Part shown: one piece after another, positions 24,277-33,579 of the stretch
Layout: each line of letters begins with the position of its first letter
Position numbering within the stretch: position 1 is the first letter of the stretch
Assembly: GCF_001194135.2 (NCBI RefSeq)
Contig: NC_068994.1
Location: forward strand, 9,111,129-9,144,707
DNA from: Octopus bimaculoides
Lineage: Eukaryota
Direction of reading: 5' to 3'
Length of the DNA stretch: 33,579 bases
Program-made: the position numbers and the translations under genes
Notes under the pieces: generated by a model
Seen by the model: only the letters and a program-made list of their open reading frames with translations
Database searches by the model: none
Told to the model about the DNA's origin: nothing

Positions 24277-24321
<45 letters not shown>

Positions 24322-24382
24322 CTTCATTATCATTATTGTTAGTCTTGCTCTCGTTATTATTAATACTTTTACTATTGTCATC

Positions 24383-24441
<59 letters not shown>

Positions 24442-24673
24442 AATTATTATTATTATGGTTGCTCTTGTTGTTGTTGTTATCATCATCATCATCATTATTT
24501 TTATTATTATTATCATTATTATTATTGTTGAATGTTTGCTCTCACCGCTTGTATGTTTGTCATTCTTGTAGCTATTGTCATATTGTAATGTTGTATTTAT
24601 ATTGTGTTGCATGTTGTTGTTATTCATCCGTGTTCTTGCCGTTACATTCCATAATGCATTCCTCCTCCTCCTG

Positions 24674-24712
<39 letters not shown>

Positions 24713-24722
24713 GTTATTATTA
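23860..24722. repeat. Compound trinucleotide array (CTT, CAT, CAG/CAA, TAG, CAC/CAT, TAT, GTT, CCT)
   Basis: Seen directly: pure tracts joined by decayed triplet sequence. Confidence 0.95.
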
Positions 24723-25244
24723 TTTACTTGACGTTGATGCTGTTATATTCATTGCAATTATAAATGCCATTGTTATTCTTGTAGTGTTTCTCTACGTGGT
24801 AGAATCATTCTAAATAGATTCATACGGGATTATATTATTCACAACAGAGGTACTATTTTTAATAAAGTGTGCAATCAATAAAATGGTTTTAGCATCGGAG
24901 AATCGCATTTGTGGATATAATATATAGCATGCTTTCAGACAGTAGTGAATTACACAATACAAATGAATACTTTAAATAAAATAAACAAAGAACAATCTAA
25001 AATAAGTGGGAACAAACAACAAATACGTACAGACTGATGATAAGATAAAATTGACTAAAACACACAAAAGAAAATATGTTGCTGTTGATTTTGTAATTTC
25101 ATTTGTTTCTTATCACATAATCAATTGGCGGGTGTTTTACTTGAAATATTTTATATATTTTTTTTCTTTTTTGTTTCTCTGTTGACATCAATTTATTCTT
25201 GTTCATATTCATCTTTATGCTTCTTTCAAGTTCTCGGCAGTACA

Positions 25245-25452
25245 TACGTGCATACCTGCATGCATACATACATACATACATACATACATACATACATACA
25301 TACAAATTTTATATACACACAGTCATACAAACATATATCATTTATAAATGTGTATATATATATATATATATATATATTTATGTATGCATATATCTGGATA
25401 TATACATTCACATGTATATATATGAATATGTATATATGTATATGTATATATG

Positions 25453-25482
<30 letters not shown>
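25245..25482. repeat. (TACA)n/(TA)n/(TG)n low-complexity array
   Basis: Seen directly. Confidence 0.9.
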
Positions 25483-25483
<1 letters not shown>

Positions 25484-28400
25484 TCCTGTAAATCTCTATG
25501 CTTCAATATGCGTGCAGCGGTGTGTACATGTGTTGTGACGTTAACAACGTGTGTATAGAATCGCGTTCTAACTTACCATTATATTTACTCTTCTGTGGAT
25601 TAAAGCACTGAATCTCTTGTCGGGGTTCTGTTATTTATAATATTCACAAAGGCATATGGAGATGGGTGAGATGGAGAAACGATGGAATAAAAGCATTATA
25701 TCAGATAAAGTTACGCCTTCCTTTGTCGTTACGAGTTGCAAATAACCACATTTTGGTCTTCCGATTTTCACACAACGGATTTGATAAAACAACTGTTAAT
25801 AAAATATATTGATTTCTCACGGAGGCCACTATTTTGTATTGACAGGTAAATCGAAATCACTAGTATTTAAATGTATAGTCTATGGAAAAATAAATAATCA
25901 AAGCTGTATTTGAACTCAAAATCCAAATATGCTGTAAAATCTTTACGTTAGTATGAGTTAATACAAGATTCTTCATTTATTTATTGGATTGGTTTGCCAA
26001 AAACTATTGGTAAATAGTTTTCAATTTAAATCCCCTCTGAGGATTGGCGGGACTAGCAAAAGTGTACTTAGGTGAAATAAAAGTCAGAGGTGCTATGTAC
26101 CAGCGGAAATTGCAGGATTTATTCAGAGGGTTTCTCAAGCTCTTCTAAATCCAAAGCAATGTACGAAAAGCTCCCGTGTCTTCAGCAGGTATCTGGGAAG
26201 CACAAACATTTCACCCCTTAGCCTTTACACTTAACCTGAACGAGTCAACGAGTATTCTCCTACATAAAGCTACCACTTGTAGTCTCTTATTAAACATTGC
26301 TATCTTCAGCTAGTTTCAGCTAGTATATCTATTTTCGTGACGGCTTTTTCAGTTTTCTAGGTTTTAGAAGTATCTTCTGCAGGAAATCGCCCGCTGATCT
26401 GGAAGGTAAAATCATGGAAGCCAGCTTGAATGAGGAATGCTTTTTCATAGGCCTGGTACGTAAGTGAAAATCAATTACAACTGTCTGTAATGCATGAATT
26501 ATGCTGATTCCTTTAATTATATATCAATGCAATTGATTTTTCTACCCGATACTGAGAAATGTTGCTGACGAGATAGACATGTAGAAACTTTTCCTTTTGA
26601 ACACATAGTATCTTTATGCACATATAGTATGAAGGTCGTCTCCCTACATTTTCAACTACAATCTTCTACAATGTCATCGTTTATGGTAATGACTAATAAG
26701 CGAAACTATTTTGCTCAAATTGTGTGGCAGTCAGCGAAGACACACACGCATACGTACAGATATACGTACATACTTTCATATATAACCCGAACACTTGCAT
26801 ACAAACATATACACGTGCATATACATTTATATACATATGTATAAGCGCTATGTGTGTACGAGTGTAGATATATAAGCAGAGATATCCTTTTGAATGCCTG
26901 TGAAGAAAGTCATCTTCTGATGATGGTGATACCTACACAATTATTAGGTTGTGGTTGCGCTATCTTGATCATTTCATATAAACGGTGGTCCTCAGGTCCA
27001 TCTATCTCCGGGCATCACATCCTTATTGCTTTATTGGATCAAACTTCATGGCCGAGGCGTTCTTGATATTTGCTCACACATCTAAGACATCTCCCGTGTT
27101 CATATTGGTGAGTATATATATAATATGAAAAAAAGGAAAAAAGCCTTACTAGTGGCAGATCACTTGATGGGTCAGCGTCTATTGAGGCATTTTATTTCAA
27201 TCCTTCAGTTACAATATCTTTTCTATCTCTGTATGTATGTTTATAACTATCTATCATCGTTTGTTTTGTAAATCGTCATTGTCATATCTGTTTATATGTC
27301 ACCCTTGACGCAAATGTGCCGATATATTGTTCATAGTCATGTATTGTTTTTAATTGCAGTTTAGGTTTGAATCATTGTTCTTGAAATATATTCCTTTCTG
27401 TGGATATGTAATGTTTTATGTGAAAATATTTCTTGTAGCGAATGAACCTACAGATATTATGCTGAAAAGTTATTTGCATTCACCAAGGGTTCTGTAAATG
27501 TTGGGACTGCCATACCATCTTTGCATAGAAACATGTGAACTGTTGACAAGATTAATCTTCAAACTCGGTGTATATTCTCAATAGTCGTTAGTTAATTATA
27601 TTTCCGATGTTAACAGAATTTAATAATTACGTATTAAATATTTAAACAAGACTCGTACAAATTTGACCATAAATCATTCGACACTTGTCACTAAGCGAAG
27701 GAAATGATTTTGCATTAATAACTTGCAGATGAAACAGACGTCTTGTAGTGGGACACTGCGCATGTAGCATATATTTATGTCATTTTATTATGTAATTTCA
27801 ATGGTCGCTATCGCGGCATTTACTTTCGGGCCGCTTGGCATTTAAACACAATTAAATTTGAATACTATTATGTTGTGGCACATAATTATTTGAATTGATA
27901 GATTTCTCTCTTAAGAGGTTTCTTTGTAACAGTGTAAGTAATTGTCACGTTTTTGTTGTTATATCGAAACACCTAACAGAGTTACAAAATAAAATGCACC
28001 ATTACCGGCAATGAAAAGTTCGCTCCCATCATTTCGTATGAGTCCTTTTTGATGTTTTAATCACTGCATTTGACTGACGTTGTTAACATCTCAGGAATAT
28101 CTTCAATATTACATCTTTAAAAGAAATTTAATGTACCGGGATTTAATACCATGTTTTCTTTCATTTCTTCAGCATTTTCGTTCTCCTTTTTCTATCAGTT
28201 TACTTGACAGGATATTAGCCTAAAGGTTAACGGTTGTGAGATACGCAGCCTGACATTCTGACTGCTACAAAATTTATTTGTCTAAAAGTATTTTTAAAGA
28301 GATGAGTAGCTAGACGCCTACACAAATATCCATCACTGGATAAAATTATTTTGAAATTTATTGATATGTATCCATTACCGATTCTGTCTCTAAAGTTTAC

Positions 28401-28693
28401 TACCGTAAATTTATAACTTACATACTTCTCACAACGTAACAAATGATTAAGAAGCCATCTCATAATCCCAAGTTCAGGATTTCGATTCAAGTGTGTGGAA
28501 TTTGGTGCCTATTCTGGAACCTAAATGCATTTTATTACGGTATTTCTGTGAAATTTATACATAAATATTTGTTTAAAATAACATATTTTTACATTTATTT
28601 ATTTAACAGTATTCAACAAATAGGTTTATTGTCAATTAAAAGATTTCGATGAAAAAACATATATAAAATCAAATTGCCCATAAAAAGTATTTG

Positions 28694-28727
28694 CTGTGGT
28701 CCGCGGACCACAGTTTGAAAACCCCTG
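28694..28727 (-). mobile_element. Solo terminus of a hAT (Charlie-like) DNA transposon or MITE
   Basis: The reverse complement CAGGGGTTTTCAAAC-TGTGGTCCGCGGACCACAG has the CAGGGGTT-x-TCAAAC terminus and subterminal GGTCCGCGGACC palindrome typical of hAT ends. I found no partner end. Confidence 0.6.
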
Positions 28728-30950
28728 GCTTAGCACAGTCGATTCAGCTGGCCTGGTACCATTATTTGAAACCATTAGAACAGTGATTTAGGAGTGCATC
28801 CATGAATCGGGAGGTGGAAGTCCATGGTAAAGTAAATTAAAGAATACATTGAACGATATCTATGTTTCATTTCCATATTTGTGTATATATTATTTTATAA
28901 GACTTTTCTCACCATTTCGTTAATTTTACTGCCGTTAACTTTGTGACACAAATATTTATAATCTTATTTATATTCATGAATCTTTTATACTGTTATAAAT
29001 TAAATTTTGTATTTTTTGAAAAAGAGAAAAAAAAAGAATCTTGATAAAAAATATATAACATTATGTTCGCTATTTATGTTTGGTATATTTTAGTATTTTG
29101 TTTTTATTAACTATTTCATAAGTTAACACTAAATAATATTAAAATTGCCAACACATTTTTATATATACTATTTTTCTCTCAATATACTACCGAATAGACA
29201 TTAATATTATATAATATTGTCTTACAAACCGAGTAGAAAACAGAAAATGATTTTAAAATCTGGATTATATATATATATATATAGCGCGAAGACTAAGGAA
29301 CTTACGTAATTTTGACTTGCACTGAATCGAAAGTCTTAACTCTTCGACAGACGACGGATGCCATAATGAGGTAATTCAGTATTGCGCAGTTTATACAAAT
29401 AAACATGAGTTATACATTACTTTTAGACATACGGTCTTAAATATCTTTCATTTGAAATGTTTGTTTCACTGATGTAGAGACCAAAGTCTGAAACTTTCCT
29501 TTCATATTGCTTTCCGTTAATCAATATACTTTCTATTTTGCTAACCTTATGTTTAAAGCCGGTGCATCCTTTGATCATTGCTTTGCGTTTATTTCTTTCA
29601 GTCACTTTATTCGTTTAAATATCGGGTTTCCTACACAATTTCCATCTTCAAAGATTTACAACATTTTTATACTATTTTTAGTTGTTTTACGTCGCTGTTC
29701 ATTGCGAAATATAAACTATTGTCTGTTCTAATGAAAATTCGATAGTTATGTAAATCTTTTAAACCCTGCGGTTCGATCAAGCCTGTTACATTTGGTGAAA
29801 TGTAGCATGTGTCGCTAATACGTACGTTTCCTTTGATTTCTGTTTTATTTTCTTTTATGTGATTTTATTGATCAGTAATGCGATTCAGTAACACAACTCA
29901 GTATATTTTTAATACAGTTGATATGGCACTTGAAGTTTTTACAGGCTTAATTCTGTTAAAGTTAACCTCTTGCGGGTGTCAAACAATTAACGTCATATGA
30001 AATACGCTTTAGTAAATTGTTATTTCCATCACTCTAACTACGTGGACACATTTCTATGAAACTAATTATTCCTCTGTTAAGTACGTACACTCATTCGCTC
30101 TCACCTACTTAATCTTGACATCAACAATACAACTAATTCGGTGCCAACGTTTACTGAGATGTGAACCGATTATTCGGCGTGATATCTTAAACAATATCAG
30201 ATCATCCATGATTAGCAATTTTTAAGTAATCAATCCTCTCATTGGAGAGTATCCAATTTTGACAAAGGAGAGAGTGAAAATCATTAGAATTAGATATAAT
30301 ACGAATATAAACGAAGCCAAGTGCTATTATCTTTCATTCTAGCCGATGTCTCCAAATTTCGCTATACAGTTCCATTAATTCGGAACTAATGTAATCAATT
30401 AGATTAGCATCTATTTTACTTGACGATCTACATTTATTTTGTTAGATGAATGATGTAATCGCTTACCGTTAAGATTAACGATGGGGTCTTTTATTTTCCT
30501 AAGACGAGAGGGGCGGGTGATTGGTTACAATTTTAACAGGGCTAGCGACCATTTTCCGGATCACTCATTTTCTTGCTATTTTTCACTTTATTTTCAAAGA
30601 CTCAAATATGGAGTAAAGTCTCAATATGAATATCCAGTTCTATATCGTAAAATGTTTTCCCTTATAGGTTCCTAGATAACGACTATGACTCAATTCACAA
30701 TTGGTATCCTGCTACGCTATAGCCTTTTTTTTTTACTCTTACGAATTTGTTTATCATCGCAAAATGTATTGTCTTCCTTCATGTGCGTCTTTCATTAAAT
30801 ATTTCCAATCATCATGAGATGCATTGCAAATAATTAGAGAAAAGTCAAGTGGTAACAAATTCAGTTAAATGCTATTAATTCAATTCTATACGTTCGCTAC
30901 TACCTTAGGCCCAACTTCAGAAATATGGGCAGTGAGCAAACGGATTTTAT

Positions 30951-31162
30951 TGATTTCAAATTTTGCGTCAAGGCCAAACTATTTCGGTGTAGGGATTAAG
31001 GTCGATTATATTGACCTCAGTGTTTAACTGGTACATATTTTAACCGCTCCGAAGCAATGAAAATATAAAGCTGATCTCGGCGGAATCTGCACCCAAAGAA
31101 TTTAAGAGGATGAAATACGGATAAGCAATTCGCCGGGCGTCCGACGAACCTTCTAGGTCGCC
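30951..31162 (-). mobile_element. CORE-type SINE (OR1/OR2-like)
   Basis: The reverse complement ggcgacctagaaggttcgtcggacgcccggcgaattgctt...gattccgccgagatcagcttt...gtaccagttaaacactgaggtcaatataatcgac aligns with the other copies in the window. Confidence 0.85.
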
Positions 31163-31205
31163 AACCATACGAGTGGACTATATATCAGTGGACAAATGTG
31201 GAATA

Positions 31206-31727
31206 NNNNNNNNNNNNNNNNNNNNNNNNNNNNNNNNNNNNNNNNNNNNNNNNNNNNNNNNNNNNNNNNNNNNNNNNNNNNNNNNNNNNNNNNNNNNNNN
31301 NNNNNNNNNNNNNNNNNNNNNNNNNNNNNNNNNNNNNNNNNNNNNNNNNNNNNNNNNNNNNNNNNNNNNNNNNNNNNNNNNNNNNNNNNNNNNNNNNNNN
31401 NNNNNNNNNNNNNNNNNNNNNNNNNNNNNNNNNNNNNNNNNNNNNNNNNNNNNNNNNNNNNNNNNNNNNNNNNNNNNNNNNNNNNNNNNNNNNNNNNNNN
31501 NNNNNNNNNNNNNNNNNNNNNNNNNNNNNNNNNNNNNNNNNNNNNNNNNNNNNNNNNNNNNNNNNNNNNNNNNNNNNNNNNNNNNNNNNNNNNNNNNNNN
31601 NNNNNNNNNNNNNNNNNNNNNNNNNNNNNNNNNNNNNNNNNNNNNNNNNNNNNNNNNNNNNNNNNNNNNNNNNNNNNNNNNNNNNNNNNNNNNNNNNNNN
31701 NNNNNNNNNNNNNNNNNNNNNNNNNNN
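31206..31727. other. Assembly gap
   Basis: N run. Confidence 0.98.
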
Positions 31728-31870
31728 CGTAACTTAGTGATTCGGCAAAAGAAACTGATAGAATAAGTAATAATAAATAAGTCATGGGGTCGAATTGCTC
31801 GACTAAAGGTGGTCCTCCAGCATGGCCGCCGTCAAATGACTGAAACAAGTAAAAGAGTAAAAGAGTTAAG
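31728..31870 (+). mobile_element. Octopus-type SINE 3' body with AAAAGAGT tail
   Basis: cgtaacttagtgattcggcaaaagaaactgatagaataag...ccagcatggccgccgtcaaatgactgaaacaagtaaaagagtaaaagag; homologous to 6513-6760. Confidence 0.85.
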
Positions 31871-31919
31871 AAGAATTAACTTTTTTTTTCATACTTTTTA
31901 AACGTTATAATAAATTCTA

Positions 31920-32002
31920 AAGTACAAATCGCCTAGAATTTCAGCGGGCAAAGCTAGTCGACTACATCGCCGCTATAGAGTTTTAGTCATTCTCGAAAGG
32001 GA
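31920..32002 (-). mobile_element. CORE-type SINE 3' fragment
   Basis: The reverse complement cctttcgagaatgac...ggcgatgtagtcgactagc...aaattctaggcgatttgtac resembles the 3' half of the other copies. Confidence 0.5.
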
Positions 32003-32564
32003 AAAACAAAAACAAAACAAATTTACCGACGTAGTAATTGAAATCATTCATTACAGTACCGGAACAAATACACAAAACATTTTTTCCTATCCTCTAACGA
32101 TGTTGCCAAACAACCGTTACTGTTAAAGATGCGCAATAACCACTCATCTGAGTTCTATTGATGTAGTTTTAATTCATCTCTATGCTTTGTTGCGTTTAAT
32201 CTGCTAATGTATGCTTCAGAAATATGTCTTTAATAGCTCCATGCATAATTACCCCATCCCGCTGGCATCTTGTTTTTTTTTTATTAAACGAGATATGAAA
32301 GAATTGCTGTACTACTTGGAATGGCTAATATTTTGAAACTCGTATTTTTTCCCGAGCATATATTTTCTATCAAAAGCACATTTACATATTGTTTCAATGT
32401 TAATTATTCGTAATATTTTTTGGTACAGTTCATTTGATGATAAATATGTGCACATTAAGTATAATAATTAATGTCTCTGTGAGTATACGCTGTTTTCTGA
32501 ATATCTATAATTATAGAAACAAACGATCATGTTTATTTGTACTTCATATTTTTGATGCTTATAC

Positions 32565-32648
32565 AGCGCGCTTACAGAATCGGTAGTCTAGTGGCCAAAA
32601 TGCTTAGCGACATTATCCGCTGATTTTGCGTTCCGATTTCAAATTCAG
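32565..32648 (+). mobile_element. CORE-type SINE head fragment
   Basis: acagaatcggtag...aaaatgcttagcgacatt...gcgttccgatttcaaattc matches the heads of the other copies. Confidence 0.65.
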
Positions 32649-33429
32649 ATATTGGAACGCTCGGTATTCCCCAGGGACACTTTTGTTTTCTGCATTTGTA
32701 TTTATAACATGGTGGTGTTAAATGGAGTAACAAGCATACTACATACTTACACACACGGGTCTTTCGAGATGGGAAACGACAAACATCTGTCGGCAGGTAT
32801 GTATGGCATAATGAGAATCATTGAATGCTTGACAAATAGCATGACAGATACAGAGAATTCACTACATTTATTAAATTGAAGAAATCGTCTGCACTTAACA
32901 AAACTCTATTAACAGGGTTATTTATGCATATTTTTCGGAAACAGGATCCATTTATTTCCTTTAAAGAACAAAACAGCTATATTAAAATTGACGAGAAATT
33001 GCATGTGCGTGTATGTGCATGTATGTGTGTATCTGCATGAATGTGATTATCTGAGTACAAAATGATTGGCGCGTTGGAATGAAATATCGGGCACACAGAT
33101 TTTGAAGACGACAGATAGATAAAGACAAATGGTGACATTGAAAGATAGAAAAAAATTGATAATTAGAGGCACGAGAAATACACAAAGAAATGGTAAAGCA
33201 TATAATTCATGAATTTTCAATTAGTAATTGTGATGATAATGAAAACGAGCAGTTGGAACTACCACTAATTGTCATTAATGTTTTAATGTCGTTTTTCATG
33301 TCACTAATTTAATGAATTAATTTGTGTCTTTGATGAGAAAACTTAGCTCTATCAAAGGATAGAAGTGGGAATATTAGTCTGAGAGTATAGTTGTGTATGC
33401 GTGCGATCGTCTAATCGGAAGTACACTAG

Positions 33430-33528
33430 TGTATATATATGTACACACACGTACATGCACACAAACATAGACGCACACGCATATATATATATATTTACAC
33501 ACACACACACACACACACATACACACAT

Positions 33529-33579
<51 letters not shown>
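33430..33579. repeat. (CA)n(TA)n compound microsatellite
   Basis: Seen directly. Confidence 0.95.

Noticed and set aside
26383-27112. Exon-like segments ending in GTAAGT (26460) and GTGAGT (27108) donors
   Set aside because: The peptides are unrecognisable, the acceptors are weak, and they cannot be chained into a gene model.
29334-29376. Further micro-exon-like patterns (29351-29370; also 2542-2572 and 32768-32795)
   Set aside because: Their signals are weaker, and their number on both strands suggests background noise.
785-31848. Long ORFs in the track containing X runs or poly-YI/L/K/N/H/M tracts
   Set aside because: They are artefacts of N-gaps and di- or trinucleotide microsatellites, with no domain-like sequence.

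Overview
This is AT-rich, repeat-dense eukaryotic DNA from a draft assembly, with 9 N-gaps, most of them flanked by microsatellites. The SINE families and the extreme microsatellite load point to a coleoid cephalopod, most likely Octopus; this is recognition from memory, not a database hit. I found no protein-coding gene, tRNA, rRNA or known miRNA that I can support, so the window reads as intergenic or intronic. Nearly all long ORFs in the track are artefacts of N-gaps or simple repeats. Supportable content: at least nine SINE copies or fragments from about four families, fossil non-LTR retrotransposon pieces (Tx1/L1-like zinc knuckle, CR1/L2-like RT C-terminus, probable RTE 3' end, probable ORF1 relic), a solo hAT-like end, a 121-bp TA-flanked inverted-repeat element, a 21-bp minisatellite and an ~860-bp compound trinucleotide array. 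I see no convincing evidence of a novel biological system. The best leads are the MITE-like hairpin, inverted SINE pairs as possible ADAR substrates, the triplet array and several unverified micro-exon candidates.
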